A DNA stretch of 44,215 nucleotides, from positions 1-44,215 of the forward strand of contig CAJVPI010000190.1 of NCBI GenBank assembly GCA_910592345.1, read 5' to 3'. Positions 1 through 13,104 of this stretch are shown here, one piece after another (position 1 is the first letter of the stretch; each line of letters opens with the position of its first letter). The notes beneath the pieces were generated by a model. That model did not search any database, had not been told where the DNA came from, and was given only the letters and a program-made list of their open reading frames with translations. The position numbers were made by a program, and so were the translations under genes. The stretch is from Paraglomus brasilianum (taxonomy: Eukaryota).

Positions 1-771
1 ATGTATGGATGCAATAAAAAAAGAGATGTTAAATTGATCCCTAGATCTTTGTGTTTATTTTGAATTAAACTTATCGCCAACTTGAGCATGCTAGACGCGG
101 TTTAATGACGTATACAATTTTCCGGTTTTTTTTTTTTTTTGACACACTGTATGTGTGAAGACAACGACTTTATGACGTCAAGTGTAACATTTTTAATATC
201 CCAACTCTGGCCATGAAATTAAGATTGGAGTGACTGGAATTACTCCAGGATTAGATCCTTATATGTAACGAACCAATCAAAGTTTTTGGCTGTGCGAGTT
301 GTCTGAATTTGTATATTCCCTGACTGTATTACTCTCTATTGCATTTGCTCAGCCGTGGAACTCGCCATGGGAATTATGGATTACATGGCGAATGGTAAAA
401 TGGGACAGAATATTGTCTTACCTGCAACAGTTCAAGCAAAAAACTCAAATACGCAATCGTAGCATAGCAGGTCTATGCGACTGTACGATATTGACCGCGC
501 ACGTGATTCGATTTAGTGATTCAACTTCACGTTATAAAAATCGACCTCTCAGAAATATTTATGATAAAGGTATAGTTTTTATCACATCAATAAAATTTCG
601 AGTTTTTCGATAACTATTTGTTATAAAAACGAGTATAAAATTAACATGTTTATGTCCATATATATTGATAGATATCCTCTCTTTTTTTTTAGCATCAGAA
701 AGTCTCCCTTCTTCCCTTAATAATCTCAATACAGCTACTTTGGTCCGCAAAGCGTTAAAAAAGACGAAGAT

Positions 772-1204
772 ATGCCGGCCCTCGTTTTTGATTGGAACCC
801 AGCAGGGTTCAATGACGTTGCGACCGCTCCAGGTCTTCGAAACGGAGTCTTAGCTAAAATGTTAATGCGATTATCACAAACCTTACAGCAAATGGTGCGA
901 GAAACTATAATAATGTTGTATTTACATTTCCAAACGGCAATGCCATTGGAACATGGAAGGACCAGATAGATACAAACATACCATGGTATGAATCATGACT
1001 GGTTTCATGTTTTTCGGAATCTTTAATACCAACTTAACTCATTCTCCTTTTTCATTTGTCAAAAGGGCACGAAATCAACTGGGAGTTCCAAATGTCGCCA
1101 CTTCAGTCACAAGAATCAATCGAATCACCAATCGTGATACGAGAACACCCTCAATTGAGAATTTTTCAATCGACCTTGAGGATTCTTCAGATGTTTTTGA
1201 TTGA
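772..1204 (+). pseudogene. Two-exon small hypothetical protein gene with one frameshift (resembles a Glomeromycotina multicopy family)
   Basis: ATG 772 MPALVFDWNPAGFNDVATAPGLRNGVLA. A 1-nt shift at gctaaaatgtt (~855) continues NVNAIITNLTANGARNYNNVVFTFPNGNAIGTWKDQIDTNIPW. A GT-AG intron (gtatga ~986 to caaaag ~1065) joins to ARNQLGVPNVATSVTRINRITNRDTRTPSIENFSIDLEDSSDVFD* at 1204. Family assignment is from memory and was not searched. Confidence 0.6.
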
Positions 1205-2179
1205 CAAACTTTTTTTTGCTTCCCAATACTTAAGTTTAGAAAAAAATATGTAATGCTAGGTAACGTTTATTTTAGCTATCAAAATTTTTTTGCATGCAAT
1301 AAAATATACTTGTGCTACATAATAATTTTACATAAGAAATAGAAAATAATCACAGATTATAAATTACTTATTTTTCTGATGAATCTCGTGCTTTTGTTAA
1401 AGAAAGGCTAGGAAGGAAATTCCTGAAACAAAATTTTCTGATGAAGCTTTTACTTTGAGAAAGAGAAGAGGAAAGGCTGAGAAAGTCTATAAGCTTTTTA
1501 ATAGTATTGGTAAATCAAAAATAGCATGAATTAGATCTTTTCCTGCAAGGTCCATTTTAAATTTGTCTGATGGTAATGTTAGTCGTGTCATTGCTGGGGT
1601 CTTGAGAGCAGAACCTCTTCCTTGAAGCATAGCTTCTGCTGGAGATAATTAGCAAATTATGTTTTGGAATTAAGGCAAAGAAATAATAGAAAGCTATATC
1701 TCCTGAAAATTTTTATTTTTGAGGGAGGATCCTTACTGTGCCACATTACTGTGCAAATTGGACATGCATGTCTAGAATTTTCTTTTTGTGTAGTTAAGCA
1801 TAAATAAAAAGTAATAGTTTGTTCACATAGTAATAGTGAACTTTGTCCTTTTTTAACTTCATCTGCGAAATTGATATGCAATTCTGTGTAAATTATCGCT
1901 CTTTTCAAAATTCTGCAGTCACACAACATTTGGTCACAACTTTTTTGCAAAGACAGTGATTATAATGTGAAAACTTCTGTGAGCCAGTGATTACTAAACC
2001 TTTCTGAAGAGTAGAAGATGCCTACTTAATACAACTTTACCTTTTTACTTAGCACAAGGCAAGAAAAGAAAAGTTGTTACACCAGTGATTATAACTAATT
2101 ATGAGGCAATTACAACTGATTATGAAATGATTATGGAATGAATATGCACCAATTACAATTCTCTTTTGATGTTATTCAC

Positions 2180-3320
2180 TAATGAACATTAGGAAAGTGC
2201 CAAAAAGTCTCAGTATCAGCAAAGACCTACTACTACATTGGAGAATTGTATTCCTGCATCATGATGGGTATTCAAATAAAAGGATAAGATAAAGAAGCCT
2301 CTTACATATTAATATTAGTTGGTATACTGTTGGAAAGGTCTTGACTATGTATAGGAAGTGGGGGTATGTCAATAATAATAACCCTTTTGCAGGCCATAGT
2401 AATAGGGGAAGAAGGAAGCTGTTTGATGCAGATGACATTAAACATGGAAGTATTTTTTGTTGCCAATTGATCAAACATCATTATATTGATTGTTTCTTAA
2501 AGGTTCTCAAGTCTTTTGGTCAAACAGAAGGTAGATTGGTATTTAGATGAGTTGGTTTCTGAAATGGAAAGACTTACTGGGAAGATAAAGAGTGTCTCCA
2601 TACCAGCTTTATGGTGATTGTTAACATTTTGTGGAATAATGAGGAAGAAGGTTTGCTATAATAATAAGGACTTATTCATTGTAACTTATCAAGTTCTGAT
2701 AAACAACACACTTCTTTCAAAGTCAGCTTCATAAATCTGCAGCAGAACAAAATGAAATGTTATGAAGCAATTTATGGCAGCAGTTGGGGAGTATTCTGCA
2801 GAGCAGCTAATATTTATTGATGAGAGTGTGAAGGATAAAAGATCATTGTCTTGTGAGTATGAGCTCAAAAGAAAATTGTCTTTGTTAGAGGAAAACATTA
2901 CAGTATCTTGCCAGCCTTATCACTTGAGGGAATAATTGGATTCAAAGTAATAGAAGGTGGTTATGATAAGGAGAAGTTTAAAAATTTTGAAAGTGGTAAG
3001 AAGTCATGATTTTACAGCTTGATTTCCCCAGCTTTGTAATAATTAAAATAAAAAATAAATATATAAGATAATATAATTCATGAAATTAACTAAAAGACAA
3101 AAGAAAATAACTTTAATTTCTGCTCTATCATTTTTTTGGTGCTTATGATAATAGTATCAGCTGCCTTGATAGTAAGCATTAACTATGAATTTTTCAGATT
3201 CCAAATATAAATCCATATCCCAGGATGAACAGTGTTATCATCCTTGACAATGCTAGAATCCACCATAATCAGAAATGGATTTCAGTTGTCAAAGGATTAG
3301 GTGGGCATATATTGCAATAC
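2180..3320 (+). mobile_element. Degenerate IS630/Tc1-mariner (DDE_3) transposase remnant with intron
   Basis: Fragments in order: HTH-like YTVGKVLTMYRKWGYV..GRRKLF (~2320-2425); DWYLDELVSEMERLTG (~2535); first catalytic Asp in AEQLIFIDES (~2800-2827); VFVRGKHYSILPALSLEGIIGFKVIEGGYDKEKF (~2878-2980); intron gtaag (~2996) to ttttcag (~3198); second Asp in NPYPRMNSVIILDNARIHH (~3210-3265). Frameshifts and stops present; third acidic residue not seen. Confidence 0.8.
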
Positions 3321-3622
3321 ATACCCAGTCATAAGTCATAAGCCCATATTATATATTAATATTGTTAAGTGAGCTGCCATGAGCTTGAGGTACTTGAGGT
3401 GACCATTTCCATCAATATTAATATAACATGGTTGGCCATGTTTATTACAATGATATTGTTTCCTCAGTTCATTTATTTTTGATGCTCTCTCCTCTGTAAC
3501 CCTGTCAAGGCCTGAAGATTTAGTTTTCTTTTTCAGTGGTTCCTCCCCTCATTTCTACTCACATCCATATTAATATTTGAAGATGTCTAAAGAATAATTT
3601 CTTGTATATCATAATCAAGAAA

Positions 3623-4130
3623 TTAATGGTATACTAGAATATGGTTTAGAGCTTTTAGATTTAAAAATATTAATATAAATTTTGGTACCCCGTTCGAAAT
3701 TTTGGTATTCTGGTATCATTTTTTTGTCTTAGGGTTTGTGCAAATGAATTGGCTTTAGATTAGTTTCCTGTATATTGAGAAATCAATGGTATACTAAGCT
3801 TTTGAAAAATATTAATATGCAAATTTTGGTACCCCCTTCAAGATTTTGGTACCCATTACCATTTTTTTGACCTAGTACTAGGGTTTGTGTGAATGATATG
3901 CTAGAACATTGTTTAGAGCTTTTAGATTTATGCATAAATTTTGGTACCCTATTTGAAATTTTGGTACCCATTACCATTTTTTGACCTAGGGTTTTTGTGA
4001 ATGAATCAGATTTAGAATGGTTTCCTGTATACATAAAAAAAATGGTATACTGGAACATGACCTAACTTTTTTACTTACATACAAAATTTTGGTCCCACCA
4101 CAAGAGTGACCAAAATTTTGATCTTGCTAG
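3623..4130. repeat. Three degenerate tandem units (~115-165 bp) ending in an AT-rich palindrome
   Basis: Recurring blocks aatggtatact, agcttttagattt, aaattttggtaccc and ccatttttttgacctagggtttgtg. Inverted repeat caaaatttttggtc..gaccaaaattttg at ~4082-4120, followed by ctag. Confidence 0.75.
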
Positions 4131-7039
4131 ATAATAATGAATCCTTTTTAGAATTAATTTCTAGGATATTATGAAAATAAGGTATGCATATTGAGCTTGC
4201 AAGGGTCCACTCCCAAAGGCAAGCAGTATAGAATAATGTGTTAGTATACATAATAATAAAGGGTTTGCAGAGACTTGACAAGAACACTTCAGTTCTTGCT
4301 AATCTTGCCTTATCTCAAACCCAAACAGAATAGTATAATTTTTTGATATATTAATTGGGATTAAAATCGGGCTAGAAAGGCTATAATAATAAGAGTTTGT
4401 TTTATTCTTGGTATATGGAGGGGTAATTATAATTTAAAGCCAAGTTTGATACCAGAATATTTGGATAGTAATAGTGGGAAAAGAGCCCAGCCCAGTTTAA
4501 AGTCTGAATTCTATATTAGATTCTCTTATAGCTATTGCACTATTTGGAAAATTTGCCCCAGGACTCCCAAGGTCGCCCTACTACTACTTCATTTACATTG
4601 GACAAAATAGACTTTTGAAGACTAGAAAGAAATGCGCAAATATTATAATACATTTGCTACCACAGGCTAGAAGGGGAGGACATTCTCAATGCATAAGAGT
4701 GTAAATGATTTTGAGTTGATTATGATGGCAATGAAGTAAATTTCTACCAATCAGTCACATCGAGGTACATCAGGTTGTTTTTATTAAATAATAGCTTTTA
4801 CAATAGAGAAAGAGCAATCATACCCCTAGACCTGCCTTACAATACACAATAACAAGGCAATAATTCTTTGTGCTTGCAAGCTAGTTTTTATTTCATGCTA
4901 TTACTTTTGGGAAATGTGGAATAGAGCTTTGATTGATCCTGACCTGCTTTTTGTTATTATCATTATAGACAATCAATGTTAATGACAAGACTGTATATGT
5001 AGGAAATGCAATTAACACAGCTGCACCACTAAAGCAAAGTCTTCCCAAAACATATCAGCCTTTAGTTTATTTCGAGTTTATGTGATCAAATGTTCACTTT
5101 GTCTGGTTTTGTTGCCCATGTACAAATTAGAATTTGAGCTTTTTATTCCAGTCTGCAACACATTAATTTCAATAAAGCAAAATTTAAGATTTTATCATTA
5201 AATTCTGGCGAATGGGCAACTGAAAAGTTTTGATTAACTAGACGAATGCAAAACTCTAACCTAAGTTTCAGGAAATGCCAGTAGAATAAAGAGAGACTGG
5301 ATGAACACTCGTTATCACAAACCAGCTGCTAACTCGGATATGTTGAAGGAAAACTTAAAATCCTAAAACACTCCAAAGTTCATTCAATAATAAGCATCCT
5401 TTTAGAGCAAAACCACAATTGAGCGGTGATTCGGTGCTTAGAACTTCAAACTAGTCGCGGTATCTACTTGCACTGACCCAAGCGATGATTTGTTATCAAC
5501 TTCCCATTCTATTGCCAGAATAATATTAGGTAATTATGTCAGGAGACCTTTCCACGTGAGACGCTGTCAAACAGGGATTGCATATACCGCATACCATATG
5601 AAGATTCATTATGATAGAGCCCCATTGTATGCGACACATAAATAAGCAACGTCGTTATGTATGGGGGAATAAATAAATACGGAGACAGGCCGAACACATG
5701 AAACAGTATCGATTTCATCTAGATTCATTAGAATGTCGTTATCATTGATAAGTGCTGCATAACATTTTGTGTACTTACCGTTTTGGGGGGTTTTCTGCAT
5801 TGGAGTACTACGGGTCTTCATTACAGCATTGATAGCATTGCGAAAGGTATTCCGTCGTCTATTGATATTAATTCAATGCACATAGCATACTATCAGAAAA
5901 TTTATACCTGTTTCATGGCAAGATCGGAGTAACTGGTTTGATAAAGAGAGATGATTTTGCACGTCGAACAGTTGCGGTTCGATTTCTTCCAGCATTGTGA
6001 GTAGCAAAAGTCAGTTAGCTATGAGCAAAGATTGTATTTTTATCCTTAACAGTAAATTGATATCTATCGATTTATAGATACTTAATGCTCACGTGTTCGT
6101 TTTTTGTAGTACGATCGTAAGATGTGGTCGTGTGATGCTTACTGCTTGTAATTGGATGTGTATTTGGGCATTGTGCTATGACTGTTCCGAGTTTACCATT
6201 GTTTGCTGATGTACGCCCAGTTATTTATTGTGTTGTACATCAACAAAAACGTCATTGAGCAGGGTATTAGGTAAAGAGACAAAACGCATAGACGTGACGA
6301 TTGTTATCTTTCGGGTTATTATCATTACCGTATTTAGAGGGTGGGCTAAGGAACAATAGTATGGATAGAGAGAATGGGGCATAAAACGCAGCAATAGAAA
6401 AGTAAAAACCAAATGTGATGCAAAAAGCGAGTAAAGGATTGACAATAATAACAAGAGAAGATAAGGAATTGAAGTGACAGCCAGGATCCAATAAGAAATA
6501 TGTAATAGGGACACAGAATGCCATAACAATGAGATCCATTGTCTCATGGGTAATAATGCCTGATGTATTAAATGAATGATATTAATATATGATCTGTTGT
6601 CTATAAACAGTGTATGGGGTAAGGGCGATCGCCAGCAAGCATTGACTTAGACATGTAGGCGTAATAGGGAAAGACGGGCGTATACTCGCCAAACGCAATG
6701 AAGAGCGAGTAGACGACAATTATAATTATGATGTATAAATGCCTACTGATTGTTATATGATGCATTTCACGGATAACCATATGTTATTTTGTGCGGATTA
6801 TGGATTACTGTAAGTTTATCAGCTGTGCGTCGCATACAATGCACACTAACTAGCTCGTCGGCTCATACAATACTATACGGTGGTGAATCCCCCGCAACAT
6901 GTACGGCGTCATAGTAATAATCCCGACCACAAAATATAAACATAAACACCACCAAACATATAATTCTTAGGGTGTATGATTGTTATGGCATGAGCTACAT
7001 GTATATGATATAATACCATATTGCGTATTATTGTTGTGA

Positions 7040-7186
7040 TGCTGCCGTTGCTGCCGTTGCTGCCGCTGCTGCTGCTTGCTGCTGCTATTGTGCTGTTTGT
7101 TCCTGCCGCCGCCGCCGCCGCCGCTGCTGCTGCTGCGTGCTGCTTCTTTTGTTGCTGTTGTTGTTGCTTGCTGCTGCTGCTGCTGC

Positions 7187-7232
<46 letters not shown>

Positions 7233-7270
7233 TGTTGTTGTTTATTGTTGTCGTCGTCGTCGTTGTTGTT
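7040..7270. repeat. Compound trinucleotide microsatellite (GCT/GCC/GTT/GTC)n
   Basis: Directly visible runs of gct, gcc, gtt and gtc. Confidence 0.95.
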
Positions 7271-8157
7271 TGTCATCATGCTGTCTATACATTAATAATA
7301 TGCTATTTATCATATGTTATGTATCATTGTACATACGATATTATGTGTTGATGCATCATCGTATGACAACAGATAAATTACTGATGATCTCTGATTATTG
7401 TTGATGGAAATTTCTGTTGGTGGAGCTCTGGAATCGGGGGTTATACGGATTCCATGTGTCAAATGTTTTGACATTTATGTCGTGTTTCACTGTTCGATTT
7501 ACTTTCTACAGCCAGCGCTCAGCCATCACACAATAAGTCTCCTGATTCTGATTGCATACGAGTAACTAGCTCGATATCAACAATAGCTCTCTGTTACTGC
7601 TACGATATATGTTGATCCGAAAGAAGAAACGTCTCATAGTCAATAGCTGCAATTAGCTATAATAAGTCCATTATCACCAGAATGCACTATGCAAATACCC
7701 CATATACACAATAGCAATCATTGGTTACTCCACATTAAAGACAATTATGCAGATGTAAACAACACACAAATTCAGTATAACCCCCAATCACTACACATAC
7801 ATTGGATATCAATTATCTAGATGTCAGTGGCAAGTAATCAATTCCACATTTGCAGTTGATGCATGCTGGCACACACATACAAACATGGACTATCTAGAAA
7901 GGTATTGATATTGTTGTAATACATTTTTATGTAAAACATAACATGTGGTGGATTGTCATTTAGGTCTTGGGGAGTGTAAGCTTTGGGCTTTATATGGGTA
8001 TAATGAGTGATTTATGGGAGAAGCAGGCATGAATCTATATCTATTGATGTCATAGATACGCGTATAATCGGTACAGCATGATTATTACCTATTGCTAATC
8101 TTGGTCGTATATTGTTGGATCCATCTTGGTTATAATACACCTACCTTGATTGTAAGC

Positions 8158-8195
8158 AAATGCCGTGGTAAATGCCGTGGTAAATGCCGTGGTAA
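8158..8195. repeat. 12-bp tandem repeat (aaatgccgtggt)x3
   Basis: Directly visible. Confidence 0.9.
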
Positions 8196-9334
8196 TACTG
8201 CGTGTTATAGACGTAGACATGACAATGAATATCTGCACTTATTGACGTAAATCGTATTATATCAGTATTTCCGTTATCTACTCCCTCGCTAATATGATTT
8301 GTACTTGGTGACTGTACAATAAACTGATCAATGAACAACTTACTCCGATGCTATTCGTTATTGTAAAGTATTTCTTTTGAAGTCGGTGTGTCCCTTGTCT
8401 GCTGTGATGTGCAAATAATAAATAATCCAAACAGTAGCAGCTGTCATGTACAGTAAGTAAAAAATAATATTGCATCTGCGTACAGACAGTCAATGTCAGA
8501 TTGTTGTTATTGTTGTCGTTACTGCCTGTTTACTCCACTTAGTCGTTAAGTGTTAACTGCAGATATCCAATGATATTATTAAACCGTTGCCCGAATGCAT
8601 ATATTTATTAATAGAAATATAATGAATGAATGCACTAGCACTTATATACACCTGCTTGTATAAATTACATTATCAGTTATTATATACCGTACAACACACA
8701 TTTCGTGTGCTCTAATCACAAATCTTTGTTTATTACTTTCCAATGTCTATTGTATTTTGAGCTCAACGCCGACACACTTGTAACTTTTTTGCCTCGCCTT
8801 TCCAAGTTTGGTCACGAAAATTTTGTACTTATATATATCAACTCCACATTTCATTTTCTCTAGTTCCCTTTGATTTAACGATTTCTTATATTGCTGGTTT
8901 ACATTTCAGCACAAAAAGTCGGGTCTTCCCTTCTTACTCCAAACGTTCTATGATAATATCCACGTTCTCTTTCACCTTTATCAATCAAAACATATATATA
9001 ATCAAGAATATTAAAATATAAATAAAAAATAAAAAAAAAAAAAACTAACGAAAACCAAGTTTTACGCATCGAAACGGCTTCGCACCGAAACAATTAGTTT
9101 CACTTGACATAATACTCCCACGATCCGATTATTACTGGCCATTCCGATTTAGTTCGCATTCAACCTATTAAGAAATCAATCCAGACTATATCCTACTGCC
9201 TTACGATTTAGGGTATCGTCTTAAATTATACATAACTATAATCACTTTCGATTACGTTTGCAACTCCCTTTCGCAGACTTTAGCCTGCAGAAATCTGTCT
9301 ACCGTTTACTGCGTTCTCGATCGGAAGTTCAAAT

Positions 9335-12126
9335 ATGCCTCACGCTACAGAGATACCTGCTAACGATCCGACACATATGGAGAGCTCTATCTCCTCGCCA
9401 ATACCAATCCCAAGCATACCTTCGAGAACACATGCTTGGAACGAACAACCCGTAACTTATACTGCGACCGCGCCAACTCCCTCATCGGCCGCCCCAATCG
9501 AAACCACGGCTTCTCTAGAGTAAGTCTCTCTATACAGCTTCACAACCAATATTTTCTTTCCTCATTTCACTGGCTAGTTGTGATCTATCCCGCTCCATCT
9601 GGCGAGAATTCACACGATTCGAGTCTAAGCATATTTATTCTACTACGCTTGTTTCTCAACAGTATTCACTTTTTCAACTTGTCTTTATAAATACTTACAA
9701 CTTAAGGGCAAACTAGAATGATTCGATATATAATATATTACCAACTGTATAGTAAATTCATACCAAAGATAACTCCTTCCCTGTTATTTGGTAATTCTAG
9801 GTACAATCCATTATTTCTGACATCACTCTTGAGTTCTGAAGAGATTCCCATTGATGTCTACGGTGGTAGTTACTCTTCAGACGAAATTGATGATCAATTA
9901 TATCAAGCGTCTTCTTTGATCTCCGATCCGAAAAAGTTTGAAGATCCATCTTATAAATGTTGCGGCCTCGTGTTGGAGGGCTGGCAAGCCCTTTACAGAC
10001 ACAGTCAAATACGACATTCTTCTGACAACCTGCGTAAGTATCAGCAATTATGAATATGCGATTAAGTTTTGTTTGAATAAGGGAATATCCTGTTTACCTC
10101 AACCTTACTTTGAATCAGCTGTAGAAGACTGGATCGGTTCTGTGACACCCAATACCGAGGTCTTTTCAACGTCCCCTTACCTCAATCTTTCGCCACAGTC
10201 CTCACCTAAAACTCCACGTGACGGTCAAAGCCCTCAGATAGGTGACGTCATGGAAACATCGCCGAGTTCGACCGTTACCGCTCTTGCTTCATCTCCGCCG
10301 GCCACCAAAAAGTCTCAGCATAACGCAGCAGCTCAAAGTATCGCACAAGGCTTACTTAATAACTATCAACGAGCTGAATCGCTGTGGGCTCTGGAAAACT
10401 GTAATCCGCACAATATAACATGCCAACGTCAATTATCGCAGAGCCTGACACAATTTGACTCTGATAATGCTATGGAACTTATACCCGCATTGGCGGCAGC
10501 AAATCAACAGTATGTTATCCCTGGACTTTTACATCAAAGCAATATCGGGGGCATATCTATGGCATCATCATTACATAATGTAGCGGGTAACGCTTCGGTT
10601 GGCATACGATTCTCTGATTCTCCTCTATTATCCAATATTGGGACGGCTTTGGTCGACTATAATGATCCGCAAAGACGTCGTTCAGCTCCTTCTATTCTAC
10701 CTTCGACCACTACCCAATATCCGGGTCCAATCGATTTGATGTCTGTGCCGTACACTCCTAACTACGCCTCGTCCAGCGCAATAAGGCAAATCGCAGTTTC
10801 TCCGACAACGGGATATCCAGCTTCTGAGGATGTTACTCCAGTGTCTCTGTCTCATGCGAGCACTCTTACAACACGGTGTGAACTGAATAATCTGACCTCA
10901 CCAAGTATGTGATGTTGCTAGGAATTAATGGTGCAATTTCTATTGGTTCTTAACTTACCCTAATCTATTTTGGTGCCTTTTGCAGCTTCTGCGCCATCAT
11001 CGTTGTCGATAAATACTCGTTTCACAAATATAGACGTTCTCGTTGCGTCCCCGACTGAAATTTGTCGTATGCCTGATCACGGTAAGACGAATTAATTGAT
11101 TTTTAAGAGGCAACACTTTGACGAAGTAATCTCAAACTTTTTATTTAAATTCTTCAGACATTACTTCGACCTTTGCATTTAATTCCTCAACGAACTCTAC
11201 ATTCGCAGCAACTGGTCATAATACAGTTTCTTTGGCGGATGTTTATTCCGGGCCGCCAGGAACATCTAAACCAAGCAAGAAAAAATCTAGAAATACTGCA
11301 GGCGGACAGTTAATTAACAATCAAACATGGTATATTATATCTATTTCATGTCTATATTTATATTATCTTTATTCTCTAGCCTTGAATGTTTTTTGCTATG
11401 TTTATTAGCGTTTTCTAATTCAGTCACAAAACTTTTGCAGCGTATCTTCTAATACATGTTGGATCAGGAATAATGACATGAACACATCAAGAAACGAACA
11501 GGGCCAGGACGCGCCTGTTCATGCTCCTCGTGGATTGAAGCGAACGCAGTCGTGTCCCACAGACTCTACCACAACAGTAAACAAGCGACGTACAATGCAG
11601 GTATGGTATATTCATATAATGTATTCTACGAATTGTTGCATCCGTTGCTTCATACCGTTTCTAAATCGTCTGCTTTAATTCCATATAGCCTAGTCAACCG
11701 GTTGCTGCTACTACGCCTCTTGTTTCCGTGATCCAGTCTTCTCCTGATGCTTCCGCCGTAGTCAAAACTTCAACTGTTGCGGAATCTGAAGCAAGTAAAC
11801 CCTTTCGATGTACCGTCGTCGGGTGTCCGAAGACATATAAGAATGCGAACGGTCTCAAATATCATAAAGCACACGGTCATAGTACTCAAGCTGGGAATGG
11901 GGATCGTTGCGCCGAGAAACCCTACAAGTGCGACATCGACGGTTGTACGAAAGCATACAAGAACCCGAATGGTCTGAAATACCATTTAGATCATCACCAT
12001 CCAGGCTATATTAAGCCCACCAATGGATTGAAATATCATCTGGATCAACATAATTCAGGACGCGGCCTCCAAGTCATTAATACCGCCGTCGTAGGGGCAG
12101 CCCAACAAATACCTATTTCCCAATAG
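9335..12126 (+). CDS. Sfp1-like C2H2 zinc-finger transcription factor, 7 exons, ~689 aa
   Basis: Phase-consistent exons 9335-9519, 9801-10033, 10119-10904, 10986-11081, 11158-11329, 11441-11600 and 11689-12126, all with GT-AG introns (total 2070 nt). N-terminal atypical finger YKCCGLVLEGWQALYRHSQIRH. C-terminal fingers KPFRCTVVGCPKTYKNANGLKYHKAHGH and KPYKCDIDGCTKAYKNPNGLKYHLDHHH match the Sfp1/JAZF1 YKNxNGLKYH signature. Confidence 0.88.
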
Positions 12127-13074
12127 ACATTTCGCTGGTTAACTCAATTGAACCAAAAGCTGCAGCGGTACGTTTGGCACGATTTTTTAGCATCACTCAT
12201 GATTAATTCTTATAACCAACTAAATTGTCTATCTTCAACCATTACAGTGTCCTGCAGGCCTAATTAACGTGAACTAAATCTATGCATTATAAACAACATA
12301 AGGGAGGTCCGGATCAGGCATTCTTTCACTATGGACTATATGCATCTCAAGCCTTTTCTTATGGAAAAAACGGGAAACCCCGCCTTTAATTCATTTGTAA
12401 TTTTGTTTTTCGTTATTGTTAATCTTAAATATTGATGCGATCAATGAAATGACGAATTATAGACATAACATTACGCATAATAGATTTACGACAAGACATA
12501 CTAATCATATTATAGATAATACAATCAATTCGAGCATAATCGCATTTTTTTTTTCCGGTTATCAAGCTTTATACGGGGCGCCAATCGTTTTTCTCGACCA
12601 ATAATTTTTATTACATTAGCCTCTGTACTTTAAGTATATCCTTTTCTTATATTACAACTTCTCATCCAAAAGTACTTTATTAGAATAATCATTAGTGTTT
12701 GCGTTTCCGATGTTAATCTGTTGATTCCTCAAGAGAATCTATCCTCCATTAAGCTATTAATCGGCCTAGAATGAAGTGTGAATTAAAGTGATCTTATGAT
12801 CATACACTAAATGCTAATGAACAGCTCGTCTGCTGAAATTGTGATGTTGAGTGAAAGTTCGAGTTGGTTAAATATTTGTGCGTTAGGCACACTATCATTG
12901 GGCAACTCATATTTTAATGGACCATTGTCCCGAAGATTCGGCACAAAATTAATTGCATCCTGAATGTTACGTTCGCTAGACGTCGAATGCGCCAATTCTA
13001 TTTCTAACATACTAAATATAAAGGCTCGACTAAGTTGTTTCCTTGGTATGGACAGTAACTAAAATCAAATTGTA

Positions 13075-13104
13075 CAGTCCCCCCGAAAAGTAATGGCGGG
13101 ACAC
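13075..13104 (+). mobile_element. Possible solo Tc1/mariner-type terminal sequence
   Basis: TA|CAGTCCCCCCGAAAAGTAATGGCGGGACAC resembles Tc1/mariner TIR starts. No partner end found. Confidence 0.3.

Noticed and set aside
1550..1960. Minus-strand fragments ending KTPAMTR, vaguely hAT-like
   Set aside because: Too degenerate; no catalytic motifs or TIRs found.
5609..6547. Hydrophobic minus-strand ORF fragments with possible splice sites
   Set aside because: No continuous gene model or recognisable domain; possibly an old pseudogene.
7021..7404. ORFs of 127 and 91 aa with poly-L/A/C tracts
   Set aside because: Artefacts of the trinucleotide microsatellite.
12760..13010. 67-aa minus ORF downstream of the Sfp1-like gene
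   Set aside because: No recognisable motif; surrounded by stops.
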